Shown piece after piece: positions 48,884 through 59,411 of a DNA stretch of 64,000 bases (its first letter is position 1; the number at the start of each line of letters is the position of its first letter). This stretch comes from a candidate division WOR-3 bacterium (GTDB taxonomy: Bacteria; Hydrothermota; Tepidihabitantia; Tepidihabitantales; Tepidihabitantaceae). The stretch is from positions 123,937 to 187,936 of the forward strand of contig CBFGKH010000005.1 in the NCBI GenBank assembly GCA_965649295.1, in the 5' to 3' direction. A program made the translations under genes and the position numbers. The notes beneath the pieces were generated by a model, which was not told the DNA's origin, made no database searches, and was given only the letters and a program-made list of their open reading frames with translations.

Positions 48884-49844
48884 CGAACTAATCGCCGCAT
48901 TCCGGGCTCAGGACAGGCGCGCCTGTGCCCGATTACTCTCTTTGGTTGAGAATGAACCGGATGCATCTGTTGCCGTACTTGATGAACTGTATCCCAGTAC
49001 CGGCCGGGCTTTTCGGGTCGGCATTACTGGACCACCCGGCGCGGGCAAGAGTACACTTGTTGAAAAACTGGCTCGCGAATGCCGAAAGCAAGGTAGGAGA
49101 GTAGGAATCATAGCCGTTGACCCAACCTCGCCGTTCTCGGGAGGTGCCGTCCTAGGCGACAGGGTACGGATGAGCTCACTCTTCACCGACCCCGGAGTAT
49201 TTATTCGTTCGATGGCCACGCGTGGCGGTCATGGTGGACTGGCAGTGCGAACCAAGGAGGTCTGTGATGTACTGGATGCATTCGGTGAGGAGCTAATCAT
49301 CATCGAAACCGTGGGCGTCGGACAGGTTGAACTGGACATCGCCGCAACTGCTCACTCAACGGTAGTCGTGCTGGTGCCGGAATCCGGTGATTCAATTCAA
49401 ACGATGAAAGCCGGTCTTATGGAGATTGGCGAGATTTTCTGCATAAATAAGTCGGACCGCGACGGCGCAGACCGACTAGCAATGGAGATTGAACTAATGC
49501 TCGAGCTGAAACGCTGGGACGGTTGGACGCCCCCGGTGGTGAAGACCGTAGCTACAAGTGGTACGGGCGTTGCGGAGCTATATAGCAGACTCGAACAGCA
49601 TCGAGAGCACCTCCTTGCCTCCAACACCATGACGAAGCGACGCCGCGAGGCGTTGAAAGCTGAAATTGTACAGCTGGTACAAGAGCGCCTAATGCGTAAC
49701 ATCTGGCGGCGCCCAAGAATCGCCGATGAGCTCTCACAACTAGTCGAGCAAGTCCTGGCTGGCCAGACGACGCCATACCGCGCAGCTACGGTTCTAGAGA
49801 AGCAACTCTGGTCTGAGCAACCTCCAAGGAGCAGCAATGAGTGA
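48864..49844 (+). CDS. meaB: MeaB/ArgK-family GTPase chaperone for B12 mutase
   Basis: [41 protein letters not shown]. Confidence 0.95.
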   Translation: MSASTTSELIAAFRAQDRRACARLLSLVENEPDASVAVLDELYPSTGRAFRVGITGPPGAGKSTLVEKLARECRKQGRRVGIIAVDPTSPFSGGAVLGDRVRMSSLFTDPGVFIRSMATRGGHGGLAVRTKEVCDVLDAFGEELIIIETVGVGQVELDIAATAHSTVVVLVPESGDSIQTMKAGLMEIGEIFCINKSDRDGADRLAMEIELMLELKRWDGWTPPVVKTVATSGTGVAELYSRLEQHREHLLASNTMTKRRREALKAEIVQLVQERLMRNIWRRPRIADELSQLVEQVLAGQTTPYRAATVLEKQLWSEQPPRSSNE

Positions 49845-51492
49845 CTACATCGGCCGAATCGAAGCAGAGGAACAGAAGTGGCTTGAGAAGCTGCCCGCCG
49901 GTGAAGACGGTCGATTTTGTACGCTCTCAGGCATCCCGGTCAAACCAGTCTATACTCCTGTAGATACCTGTGAACTCGATTACCTTCGCGACCTTGGCTT
50001 CCCCGGAGAGTATCCGTACACTCGCGGCGTCCGACACACGATGTACCGCGGTCGGCAATGGACGATGCGCGAGTTCTCCGGATTTGGCACTGCTAGGGAT
50101 ACTAACGAGCGCTACAAGTTTCTTCTCAGTCACGGTGAGACCGGTTTGTCTGTTGCATTCGACTTTCCGACTCTCTACGGCCGTGATTCAGACGACCCCC
50201 TGTCCCGGGGTGAAGTAGGCAAGTGCGGTGTTGCCATCTCATCGCTTGCCGATATGGAGACGCTCTTTGACGGAATACCGCTCGGGGAGGTATCAACTTC
50301 CATGACAATCAATGGCCCAGCAGCAGTCATTTGGGCATTCTACATCGCCGCTGCTGAAAAACAGGGCGTGCCAAGTGAGAATCTGCGTGGCACCATTCAG
50401 AACGATATCCTGAAGGAATACATTGCTCAGAAGTCGTGGCTCTTTCCACCTGAACCGTCCATGCGGATCATCACCGATATCATGGACTTCGCTGCAAAAC
50501 ACGTGCCGAAGTGGAACACGATTTCGATATCTGGTTATCACATCCGCGAGGCAGGCTCAACTGCTGTCCAGGAACTGGCCTTCACGTTGAAAGACGGGCT
50601 TACTTACGTTGAGGCCGGCATCAAAGCTGGGCTCGATGTTGACCTATTTGCGCCGCGTCTCTCTTTTTTCTTCAACTCACACCTTGATTTTTTCGAAGAG
50701 ATTGCCAAGTATCGTGCTGCCCGTCGCATCTGGGCCCGTGAGTTACGTGAGACATTCAAAGCCAAGAAGCCCGAATCATGGTTGCTGAGATTTCATACTC
50801 AGACCGCTGGTTGTTCACTCACTGCCCAACAACCAGAAAACAATATCGTCCGCACCGCCTTTCAAGCGCTGGCAGCAGTCCTGGGTGGGACACAGAGCTT
50901 GCACACCAATTCCATGGATGAAACCTGGGCCCTACCAACGGAAAAGGCAGTTCTCATCGCTCTTCGAACGCAGCAACTAATCGCCGAGGAAACAGGAGTG
51001 GTCAACACGATTGATCCGCTTGGCGGATCCTATTTTGTTGAAGCGTTGACGAACGAACTAGAACAGCAGGCCTACGATTACTTTCGTAAGATCGATTCGC
51101 TGGGTGGAATGATAAAGGCAATCGAACATGGATTTCCACAGCGTGAGATAGCTGATGCCGCCTACCGTTACCAGCGTCAGGTCGAGACCGGTCAACGTAC
51201 GGTCGTTGGTGTGAACAAGTACACGCTCCCCGGCGAGAAGCTTGACATTCCTTTGCTGCGTATCAACCCGGCGGTGGAACAGGAGCAGCATCGTCGTCTA
51301 ACTGAACTACGAAAGGGACGAAACAATAGAGAAGTTGTCAATAAACTCGATGCGCTACGTCGGGCATGCGAAGGTAAGGAGAACGTAATGTACCCAATCT
51401 TGGATGCCGCGAAGGCATACGCGACACTTGGTGAGATCTGTTCGGCAATGAAGGACGTCTTCGGAACGTATGACGAACCGCCGATGTTCTAG
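49837..51492 (+). CDS. icmA: B12-dependent acyl-CoA mutase large subunit, isobutyryl-CoA mutase (IcmA) signature
   Basis: [45 protein letters not shown] (Phe) and KEYIAQKSW (Gln) at the specificity positions. Confidence 0.85.
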   Translation: MSDYIGRIEAEEQKWLEKLPAGEDGRFCTLSGIPVKPVYTPVDTCELDYLRDLGFPGEYPYTRGVRHTMYRGRQWTMREFSGFGTARDTNERYKFLLSHGETGLSVAFDFPTLYGRDSDDPLSRGEVGKCGVAISSLADMETLFDGIPLGEVSTSMTINGPAAVIWAFYIAAAEKQGVPSENLRGTIQNDILKEYIAQKSWLFPPEPSMRIITDIMDFAAKHVPKWNTISISGYHIREAGSTAVQELAFTLKDGLTYVEAGIKAGLDVDLFAPRLSFFFNSHLDFFEEIAKYRAARRIWARELRETFKAKKPESWLLRFHTQTAGCSLTAQQPENNIVRTAFQALAAVLGGTQSLHTNSMDETWALPTEKAVLIALRTQQLIAEETGVVNTIDPLGGSYFVEALTNELEQQAYDYFRKIDSLGGMIKAIEHGFPQREIADAAYRYQRQVETGQRTVVGVNKYTLPGEKLDIPLLRINPAVEQEQHRRLTELRKGRNNREVVNKLDALRRACEGKENVMYPILDAAKAYATLGEICSAMKDVFGTYDEPPMF

Positions 51493-51501
51493 GAGGTCTT
51501 G

Positions 51502-51903
51502 ATGGCGAGAAAGTTGCGGGTACTCATTGCCAAACCTGGACTGGACGGCCACGATCGCGGCGCCAAGGTCGTTGCTCGGGCTCTGCGTGACGCGGGGTTT
51601 GAAGTGATCTACACTGGGCTGCATCAAACTCCGGAGATGATTGCCGAGACAGCGATTCAGGAGGACGTGGACGCAGTCGGGCTCTCAGTATTGTCAGGCG
51701 CACACATGACGCTGTTCCCGGAGACAATGCGATTACTGAAAGAGAGAGGGGGCGCAGACATTCTCGTCTTCGGTGGTGGCATTATTCCCAGAGAAGACAT
51801 GGAGGCCCTCTACCAACAGGGATGTGGTAGGCTCTTTGGACCGGGTACGCCGACCCAGGAGATCGTGGACTACCTGCGAGAGCAGTTTCCTGACCGGACA
51901 TAG
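51502..51903 (+). CDS. icmB: Acyl-CoA mutase small, cobalamin-binding subunit
   Basis: [10 protein letters not shown] (DxHxxG), S.LSGAH, GGGIIP, FGPGT. Confidence 0.9.
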   Translation: MARKLRVLIAKPGLDGHDRGAKVVARALRDAGFEVIYTGLHQTPEMIAETAIQEDVDAVGLSVLSGAHMTLFPETMRLLKERGGADILVFGGGIIPREDMEALYQQGCGRLFGPGTPTQEIVDYLREQFPDRT

Positions 51904-51942
51904 TGTAGTCCCGGCGCGTTTAGGTGGCTGTCTAGCAATAGC

Positions 51943-51966
51943 GAGCCCTGCCGCATGGCAGGGCTC
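51943..51966. terminator. Bidirectional hairpin between icmB and tRNA-Pro
   Basis: GAGCCCTGCC-gcat-GGCAGGGCTC. Confidence 0.7.
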
Positions 51967-51971
51967 TGTTA

Positions 51972-52045
51972 TCGGGGCGACCCGATTTGAACGGGCGACC
52001 CCCAGCACCCCAAGCTGGTGCGCTAGCCAACTGCGCCACGCCCCG
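51972..52045 (-). tRNA. tRNA-Pro(GGG)
   Basis: Reverse complement CGGGGCGTGGCGCAGTTGGCTAGCGCACCAGCTTGGGGTGCTGGGGGTCGCCCGTTCAAATCGGGTCGCCCCGA folds as a cloverleaf, anticodon GGG, CCA not encoded; upstream TTGACT-16-TACGAT. Confidence 0.95.
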
Positions 52046-52189
52046 CAGATGTTATCGTAGCCAACAGCATGGCGAAGTCAAATGACTACTTGTGGCCTTT
52101 GTCGGGTTCATACTGCAGGACAATAGGCGAGAAGTGCGCTAAGCGGAACCAGTCGTTGACTTCCCACCCTCAGGCCATATAATCAACCG

Positions 52190-52624
52190 TTGGCTACTGA
52201 TCTCCGCCAGGACGAAACGCTTTTCGCGGCACTGGGGTATTTACCGCCTCTTTTCCTATTGCCGATTCTAGCCCGCGGCGATAGTGACTTCGCTCGTTTT
52301 CACGGCGTGCAGAGTCTAGTTCTGCTCCTCGGCCTTGCAGTTTTCCAGTTACTTGTAGTGGCCGTTGATTTGCTGTTTGGCCGTTTACTTGGCAGCACAC
52401 TGGTAATAGGTCCGGTTTTTAGGCTTGTAGCCTGGATCTTCCACTACCCCGTTGGTCTGGCGGTTGGATTCGCCTATCTTGTTTTTCTTGTGCTAGGTGC
52501 AAGCCAGGCGGCAACTGGCCGTCGCTGGCGGATACCAGTGCTAGGTGCGTTTGTTGACAGAATGTCTGTGTCTTTTGTAGGAGCTAAAACCCGAGGAGGT
52601 AGCAATGCCGGAAGGTCCGAATGA
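52190..52624 (+). CDS. DUF4870 (Tic20/MamF-like) membrane protein
   Basis: AALGYL, FARFH..QS, A..G.RWRIP..G. Confidence 0.8.
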   Translation: MATDLRQDETLFAALGYLPPLFLLPILARGDSDFARFHGVQSLVLLLGLAVFQLLVVAVDLLFGRLLGSTLVIGPVFRLVAWIFHYPVGLAVGFAYLVFLVLGASQAATGRRWRIPVLGAFVDRMSVSFVGAKTRGGSNAGRSE

Positions 52625-52967
52625 CTCCAGACAGAGCACGACAGCAGCACCAAGCGATGACATTGAGCAGGGCAAAGGGATGGCCTGGTTAGCTTATCTG
52701 GGCATCCTTTTTCTCATACCAATGCTGTCACTTAAAGACAATCAGTTCGCGAAATTTCACGTCAAGCAAGGGATAATGCTGCTTATCTTTTCAGTTGCTG
52801 TTGGTATCGTTGGCGCCATACCGTTCATAGGCTGGTTTATCATCTGGCCGGTCGGATACATCTTCAGCTTGGTCATGGCAATCATGGGCATCGTGAACGC
52901 CGCCCAAGGGAAGTATTGGACAATGCCACTGCTTGGCAAGATGGCCGCCAACTGGTTCAAGTTCTGA
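52605..52967 (+). CDS. DUF4870 (Tic20/MamF-like) membrane protein
   Basis: LAYLGIL, FAKFH.KQG, IP.IGW, NAAQGK...PL.G. Confidence 0.85.
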   Translation: MPEGPNDSRQSTTAAPSDDIEQGKGMAWLAYLGILFLIPMLSLKDNQFAKFHVKQGIMLLIFSVAVGIVGAIPFIGWFIIWPVGYIFSLVMAIMGIVNAAQGKYWTMPLLGKMAANWFKF

Positions 52968-53066
52968 TGCCTCTTACTTCGTTCGTGTTCTGATAATAGC
53001 TATTATGTAAACTACAGCGGGGCTCGACCTCAAAGGGCTGGATGCGGCATCGAAGTCGGTGTCCGG

Positions 53067-54104
53067 CTAGGCCTCAGTCTGACAAAAGCGCAGATAGGTT
53101 TGGGCAAGCTTCTTCCCCGCTTCACTCCACAGGTAGTGCCTGTGGATATGCTCGCGCAGGGCGCCGGTTTTGGGTTTCGTCAGCGACCGGTCGAGGGCGG
53201 CGCTAAGGGAGGCCTCCGAGCGTGGCTCAACATACTCGGCGTAGTCTCCGAAGTACTCCCGTGTTCCACCATACTTTGTTATGCATAGCTTGGCGCCGGC
53301 AAGGCCCGCCTCAAGCGCGGCCAGTCCCGGCGTTTCATACAGCGAAGGCAGAACAAACGTGTCACAGGCAGCATACGCCGACGCCAGCAATGGGGAGTCA
53401 ATCGGCAGTCCTGGTATTACAACTATGTGTTTAGCACTCTGCACCAGTGCCAGACATTCCCGACCGTAGTCGGTGTCCACGATCGGGCCAATTAACACCG
53501 CCGGCAGCCTCTTGCGCAGCAACACTCGCAGTAGCGGAAGCAGATTCTTGCGACCCCAGCCGATGTGACCAACATAGAGCACAAAATCCCTCATGCCAAA
53601 TTGCTGATAAAAGAGCTCGGGGCCGGCATGGTAGAATCGTTCTTCGACGCCATTGGGAATCTCAACTGTCTGCTGACGATTGATGCCAAAGCCATGAACT
53701 ATCATCTCCAGTTCATCGCGGGTGTTAGGCAAGACAGCTACTGACGACCTACACAGTTCCCAGCAGAAGAGATGCTCCGTCCAGAAACCACCGTGTCGTC
53801 GTAGCCGCCGAGCAGTTGCCAAGATGGCCGCAACGCGTCTCGGCGAGTGACGACTGTAAAACACCGGCGTTACGACCAAACGAATACCAAGGCTGTGCAT
53901 GGCCCGGCCCAGGTGATAAGTTCCGACGTGGGCTCCAAAGAGGTGAAAAAAGTCGTATTGTTGGAGGTCGTAGCGTTGCCAAGGGTCAAACAGATCAACC
54001 ATCACCCCTAGTGTCCTTAGCTCGCGGGCAAGCGAACGAGTCTGAACCTCAACTCCACCACCAAGCACGGTGAGAGCCGAAAAGCTGCCGAACAGAACTC
54101 GCAT
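53067..54104 (-). CDS. Glycosyltransferase family 4
   Basis: IPNGV, RKN, FVLPS.YETPGLAALEA (E-x7-E). Confidence 0.92.
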   Translation of the reverse strand: MRVLFGSFSALTVLGGGVEVQTRSLARELRTLGVMVDLFDPWQRYDLQQYDFFHLFGAHVGTYHLGRAMHSLGIRLVVTPVFYSRHSPRRVAAILATARRLRRHGGFWTEHLFCWELCRSSVAVLPNTRDELEMIVHGFGINRQQTVEIPNGVEERFYHAGPELFYQQFGMRDFVLYVGHIGWGRKNLLPLLRVLLRKRLPAVLIGPIVDTDYGRECLALVQSAKHIVVIPGLPIDSPLLASAYAACDTFVLPSLYETPGLAALEAGLAGAKLCITKYGGTREYFGDYAEYVEPRSEASLSAALDRSLTKPKTGALREHIHRHYLWSEAGKKLAQTYLRFCQTEA

Positions 54105-54119
54105 CGGATGAACTCTAGT

Positions 54120-55670
54120 CTAGTTCCGGCTCTCCTGCAAGCATTTGCGCAACCGACGTAAGAGATTATCGACCCAGTTTCTTAACGTCCTGCGCCATGT
54201 TTGGCTAGCAAACGGCGCAACTAACGGTCTAGGCCGCAACAGCCCAAGGTCGAAAATCCTGAAGACCGGCTGGTTCGGGCAGAGCTCAATGATGCCATCC
54301 GGCATCTCCACTACGAGTGGAACTGCCTCCGGCCACCCTGCTGATGCTCGGACAGTACCGGTGTCAGGCTCAACCTCAATCTTTGACAATGCTTGAACTC
54401 GCACGCGCCACCACTGGGCGTAATCGGTAAGCGACATTGTATTCTTGAACAGACTGCGTGCACGCGCGAAAATCTCCATTAGGACAGTACCATACTGACT
54501 GGCGGCGACCGGGTGGTCGTAGATGAAGCACGGTTCAGCACGGGCAGCCTGTCGCCTCATTATCCGTTCGTAGTAAAGCAACATCTTCCCTGAGTTACAC
54601 TTAGCTAAGCGTAGAGATCCCGTGCAGATAGGATGGACCGGAACCTGTAGCACAGCCGACCTTTCCCCATTTACAATCGGATATGCCGGTAAGTCATCGT
54701 AACCCCATCCGAACTCCGATGAGTAGGACATACCTGCGTCGTTCAATGCACGATCAAGAGTTGGGTTCCAATCTCCATAGGGACCGGCAAAGCCAACGAC
54801 ATTGACTCCCAAACTAGCAAGGCTATCCCTACCGCGAACGACGTTGTTAAGATTGTCACTGCTAGCGGTAAACACCCGGTGACGGTGGCAATGGAGCTGA
54901 ACGTCCTGACCGTCGGCGACGAGAGCTGCAACTGTCTGCGAATCAAAATGATGTGAGCCAGTATTGATAAACCAAGTGAACTTCATACCTGACTTCACAC
55001 TCAAGTTGAGCATGGCCATTATGTCTGAACTTCGTCCTTCATCGGTGTCTACTCGGAACCCGAAAACACCGCCAGTAGGCGTGTAGGCAAGATGGACATA
55101 CGGAAAACCACGTCGCCACAAGAGCACGCGAACGCAATTTCCGACAAGGCGGCGTACCTCTCCTCTAGCGACCTGACTTACCTGCTCGACCGGCATCCCT
55201 GTGTCAGGTAGGCCGAACCGGCGCAGACGGGTGCCAAGATGAGACAAAGCCTCAACCGGCTCAAACGGAAGTATGACGACCGCGCCATGACCGACCACGC
55301 ACAGACGCAGGGCTGGTTGCCGGTCTTGGTTGAACCCAACATTGGCGCCAGTGATTCGCCAGCCCCGACAGTCGAGATCGGTGATACCGACGTTACTGAA
55401 GATACGAGAGGCGTCGGGGAGCAAATAGTGCAGACGGGTTCTGGTAATCTGCAAATCGGGAAATAGTCTCCTCGCTATGGCCGCATTTGCGATTAGTCCG
55501 CCGCCGCTCTCAACATAGTGATGGAGACCGGCGATGTCTTCATGATCGGGCTCACCGTTGAGTATCACTACCTGATGATTCAACCGGTCATTCCAACCAG
55601 TAGTAAACGGAACGCCTTCCTGCTCAAGCAACTGAGACCAATGCGGTTCTGAACGGTAAAGGAGAATCAC
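54120..55670 (-). CDS. Polysaccharide deacetylase-like protein with N-terminal GATase-like domain
   Basis: FRVDTD, TWF, QLH...H, GF..PYG.W, YSSEF, YDHP; start GTG 55670 coupled to the flippase stop. Confidence 0.7.
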   Translation of the reverse strand: MILLYRSEPHWSQLLEQEGVPFTTGWNDRLNHQVVILNGEPDHEDIAGLHHYVESGGGLIANAAIARRLFPDLQITRTRLHYLLPDASRIFSNVGITDLDCRGWRITGANVGFNQDRQPALRLCVVGHGAVVILPFEPVEALSHLGTRLRRFGLPDTGMPVEQVSQVARGEVRRLVGNCVRVLLWRRGFPYVHLAYTPTGGVFGFRVDTDEGRSSDIMAMLNLSVKSGMKFTWFINTGSHHFDSQTVAALVADGQDVQLHCHRHRVFTASSDNLNNVVRGRDSLASLGVNVVGFAGPYGDWNPTLDRALNDAGMSYSSEFGWGYDDLPAYPIVNGERSAVLQVPVHPICTGSLRLAKCNSGKMLLYYERIMRRQAARAEPCFIYDHPVAASQYGTVLMEIFARARSLFKNTMSLTDYAQWWRVRVQALSKIEVEPDTGTVRASAGWPEAVPLVVEMPDGIIELCPNQPVFRIFDLGLLRPRPLVAPFASQTWRRTLRNWVDNLLRRLRKCLQESRN

Positions 55671-57064
55671 GCTGTTCGTGTAAAGCCAAAATCGGCGGCC
55701 TTGATTCCACCCGTTAGAATTAGAATCAGCAGATAGACAGCTGCGCCGCCGACAACAGCCGTTACCAGACCACAACACATGAACGCAACAACAGCCCCAG
55801 CCATCGACACAGTTGCTACAATCGAACTGACGAGGCGAAGGTCAACCTTTGGACGGGCTACCCGCAGAAACTCTGGCAGAAGTGCAGCCAAGATTGTCGC
55901 CTCGCCGGTGACAAGAGCCACAGCCGCGCCACGTCCGCCTAGCGACTGTACACCGATTACGGCCAGTGTAACCGAGACAAGAGTGCCGAGGACGGTTGCT
56001 CGGAGCAAGACACGTTCTGCCCCGGCTCCAACAAGTGTACTGCCAGCAAGGCTACTTAACATGCTAAGTGGCAGCATCCAGGCCATGATACGTAAATCGG
56101 CAGCAGCCGCAATGTATTGGCTACCAAAAACCAGAGTGAGAATTGGTTGCGCCAGAAGTGTCAACCCTGTGCAAAGTGGTAGAGCAGCGGTTAGAACCAA
56201 ACGAATGGCGACGCCGGTCAGTTCGCCCAAGCGCTCACGCCGTAAGGCAAGAAATCGGCTCACAACCGGCAAGAAGACAGTCTGAAAAACCCGATCAAGA
56301 ATCATCAAGAAGAACACTAACCGGTAAGCAGCACTGTAGGAACCAACCGATTCGAAAGTACCTACGAGCCCCAGCATGATGGCTCCGGCATTAACGTGTA
56401 GCTGAGTGAGCGTAGCGGCAAGCCCTATCGGCCAGGCGCGAGCAAGCAGACTTCTCCAAACCTGAAGGTCAAAGCGGATACCGCTCCAGCCGTGCTTACG
56501 AGCATGCCCCCACCACAGGATGAACATCCCAACCGCACTAGCAGTGACAAATGCAACCGGAACTAACAGAATGGCCTTTGCCGAGTGAACGAATGCTAAC
56601 ACGAGTCCAAAGTAGCTAAGGCTTGTCGCCGACCTAGATATCGCCACTATCCCTAGCCGCTCCTGACCGACAAACACCCACTCAAGCAGAGCACACTGCA
56701 TGACCACACCCAGTCCATACAACAACAGCAGCAAGCGAACGGTTAGCGGCTTGGGCAGCAAGAGTGCAAACAGGGCTATCAACACCGCTGCAGCCAATCC
56801 TAGGAATAGTCGCAGTGACACAATATCGCCGACCAGTCGCCGACTAGCAGCTCGGTCCTGCGCCACCGTTCGCGCAGCCGTGGTGAGAATCCCGAAGTCG
56901 GTTGCGGCCAGAGCGTACGCGAAGACTGCGGTAGCAAAGCCAATCTGTCCGAACCCTTGAGTCCCGAGCCGCCGTGCCAGCACAGCGGTGGTCAGAAAAC
57001 CGAAGGCACGGGCAGCAACCTCTCCTCCGAAAAGAAAGGTTGCATTCCGAAAAGCAGTCTTCAA
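55667..57064 (-). CDS. Wzx-type polysaccharide flippase
   Basis: LARRLG..GFG, DFG, VG.YSAAYRL; many TM segments. Confidence 0.9.
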   Translation of the reverse strand: MKTAFRNATFLFGGEVAARAFGFLTTAVLARRLGTQGFGQIGFATAVFAYALAATDFGILTTAARTVAQDRAASRRLVGDIVSLRLFLGLAAAVLIALFALLLPKPLTVRLLLLLYGLGVVMQCALLEWVFVGQERLGIVAISRSATSLSYFGLVLAFVHSAKAILLVPVAFVTASAVGMFILWWGHARKHGWSGIRFDLQVWRSLLARAWPIGLAATLTQLHVNAGAIMLGLVGTFESVGSYSAAYRLVFFLMILDRVFQTVFLPVVSRFLALRRERLGELTGVAIRLVLTAALPLCTGLTLLAQPILTLVFGSQYIAAAADLRIMAWMLPLSMLSSLAGSTLVGAGAERVLLRATVLGTLVSVTLAVIGVQSLGGRGAAVALVTGEATILAALLPEFLRVARPKVDLRLVSSIVATVSMAGAVVAFMCCGLVTAVVGGAAVYLLILILTGGIKAADFGFTRTA

Positions 57065-58209
57065 GAGAGCATCCGCGAATAGGCTGTCAGTAGCGCCTGT
57101 TCAGCCAGCGACCAGTGGTAGTTGCGAATCACTGCTTCGCGGCCGGCCATGCCGTAGTCACGACAACGTTCCGGTGCGGCTAGCAGACTGCCAATGACGG
57201 CAGCAATTGCACCGGCGTCTCGGGGGTCAACCAACTCACCACACTGGTGACGACGCACTATCGGGCTTATTTCTGGAAAGTCACTAGCGACAACCGTGAG
57301 CCCAGCTCCCATGAACTCAAACAGCTTGTTTGGCTGGCCAGTGTAGTCGTTCCCCCGCTCCGGTTGCAAGAGAATAACCCCTACAAGGCAACGACCGACT
57401 ATCTGAAGGGTTGTTGAATAGGACTGAGTGCCATGAAAGATGACGGTATCGGTGAGCCCATTTCTGTCAATAAACAGCCTGGCCCAGGTCTCGATATCAT
57501 CTCTTGGGTCGAATCCACCGACAACGTGCAGCTGCACCGTCGGTTGCTCTCTCCGGATGAACACAAGTGCTTCGAGCAGTTTGACAAATCCCCTCGCACG
57601 GCTGATGAGACCGGTCCAGGCAATCCAGGGCTGGCGTTCAACGCTGGGCGCAGGTAACAAGTCAAGCGGTGGGTAGTTGGGTACAAGCGCTGGTCGGCGA
57701 CCGTACCGCCAGAAGCGGGTAGCGCGTGTCCTGTTTGTCTCAATTATCAAATCCGCCTCACGACACGCCCAACGTTCAACTGCTGTAACGATGCCGGCAC
57801 TGGCATACCGCAGCGGCAGCGGCAAGTCCGTGCGGTCTCGATAGGTTTGCGGAAACCACTCGCTTGCTTCATAAACTACACGCAGGCTTGTGGTATGGGA
57901 CTTTAGCCACAGGGCCACCAGCAGCGACCAAGGATCAAGGCAGTGGTAGACATCGAAGCGTCGGCGTAACATCTCGTTACGAAGTCGGGCCAGGCGCATA
58001 AGCTTGGCCAGACGTTGCCGGGTCTGACAGGCCACGACTCTGACACCGTCAACAAGTTTTTCGCTATCAGTCGGGCCTAGCCCAATCAGTGTGACATTGT
58101 AGCCGGCCCTGGCCAGCGATACTGCCTCACGGTCACGGAAACGGCTGTACGATACTGGGTGTGAGGTTGAGATTAGTCCGACCCGAACCGCTGCTCGGGT
58201 TGTTCTCAA
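57061..58209 (-). CDS. Glycosyltransferase family 4
   Basis: STSH....RF..REA.SL...GY, PNYP, PNKLFEFM.AGL.VVASD. Confidence 0.9.
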   Translation of the reverse strand: MRTTRAAVRVGLISTSHPVSYSRFRDREAVSLARAGYNVTLIGLGPTDSEKLVDGVRVVACQTRQRLAKLMRLARLRNEMLRRRFDVYHCLDPWSLLVALWLKSHTTSLRVVYEASEWFPQTYRDRTDLPLPLRYASAGIVTAVERWACREADLIIETNRTRATRFWRYGRRPALVPNYPPLDLLPAPSVERQPWIAWTGLISRARGFVKLLEALVFIRREQPTVQLHVVGGFDPRDDIETWARLFIDRNGLTDTVIFHGTQSYSTTLQIVGRCLVGVILLQPERGNDYTGQPNKLFEFMGAGLTVVASDFPEISPIVRRHQCGELVDPRDAGAIAAVIGSLLAAPERCRDYGMAGREAVIRNYHWSLAEQALLTAYSRMLS

Positions 58210-59180
58210 GATAGAGACTGATTGTTAGGTGAGTCTGTTACGGTGTGGGCCCCAGGTAGTGACTCTGCTGCAGGTTCTGGCTTCTTGAGTTGACCAAGCA
58301 CGCGGAGGCACTCACGAGCGGTGTTGTAGTGGATATCAACCGTGTCCTTGGGATCGAGCGCATAGCCACCAGCACAAACAGGAACAACGGCAATGCCCCG
58401 CTTGTGACAGTTTTCAAGAACAAGTCGGTCGCGCAAGGCCAGACCACGCTTGGTCAGTCGCAATGCGCCGAGCTGGTCAAACTTGTACGGATCAGCGCCA
58501 GCAACATAAACAACCAAGTCCGGCTTGTGGGTGTCAAGAATCCGCGGCACAGCATAGTTCAGACGCTCGATATAGACGTCATCACCAGTCTCCTCGTCGA
58601 GACCGATATCCCAGTCCGACTTTTCCTTTATGGGGTAGAGATTCTCCTGATGAATCGAGAAGGTGTAAACCGTTGGGTCATCCTGGAAAATACGGGCGGT
58701 GCCATTGCCCTGGTGTAAGTCACAGTCAATCACGGCAGCACGAGTGATGCTACCTGCCCGTTGGAGCTTCCTGATGCCGACGGCAATATCGTTGATGTAA
58801 CAGAAGCCTTCTCCGTGATCGGCGAAAGCATGATGAAAACCGCCACCCAAGTGCATCACCACCTTGTCCTCAAGGGCAAGTTGACAGGCTGTCACCGTAC
58901 CCGAAGCAAAGAGAAAGAAACCTTGGACTATCTCCTGGGTTAGGGGTAGTTCGGAGCGAACCGTACGTTGCGACCAACGCAGATTCACCAGGTCATCAAC
59001 ATACTCCTTGGTATGCACAAGCCTAATGTCGTCGATTGATGGTTCCGGCGGTTCAACGAGGTCGGCAGGCTGAATCTGTCCTTCGGCAAGCAGACGCTCT
59101 TTGACCGCAGAGTATTTCTCCATCTGAAAGACGTGTGACCCGATGTTGATGTTGTAGCGGTCGGAATAGACAAAACGCAT
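58206..59180 (-). CDS. Zn-dependent histone deacetylase family protein (class IV-like)
   Basis: H.F.M.KY, GGGFHHA....GEGFC..ND, DCDLHQGNGT, AGADP..D.LG, GGY. Confidence 0.93.
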   Translation of the reverse strand: MRFVYSDRYNINIGSHVFQMEKYSAVKERLLAEGQIQPADLVEPPEPSIDDIRLVHTKEYVDDLVNLRWSQRTVRSELPLTQEIVQGFFLFASGTVTACQLALEDKVVMHLGGGFHHAFADHGEGFCYINDIAVGIRKLQRAGSITRAAVIDCDLHQGNGTARIFQDDPTVYTFSIHQENLYPIKEKSDWDIGLDEETGDDVYIERLNYAVPRILDTHKPDLVVYVAGADPYKFDQLGALRLTKRGLALRDRLVLENCHKRGIAVVPVCAGGYALDPKDTVDIHYNTARECLRVLGQLKKPEPAAESLPGAHTVTDSPNNQSLS

Positions 59181-59411
59181 TGCGCTCCCTTAGCTTAGGA
59201 CGTAACTAGATATTATAGAACCTGGCCCCTAGCTGTCAAACGCCATGACCACAGCTCAGAACTGGCGGAAAAAAACTGCTGGGCCAGTCCTGTGCTCGAA
59301 GTTGCGGTCGGGCAGGCGTAACTACATGTCAGACTCCAGTCCAAGCCCTGGCTCCAAACCAGCTGGCCAGCCATACACTGGTCCCGGCGGCTGGTGCCAG
59401 AAACCAAAGAC

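Noticed and set aside
51972..52045. tRNA-Pro as an island integration site
   Set aside because: No integrase nearby and no duplicated tRNA 3' end noticed in the window.
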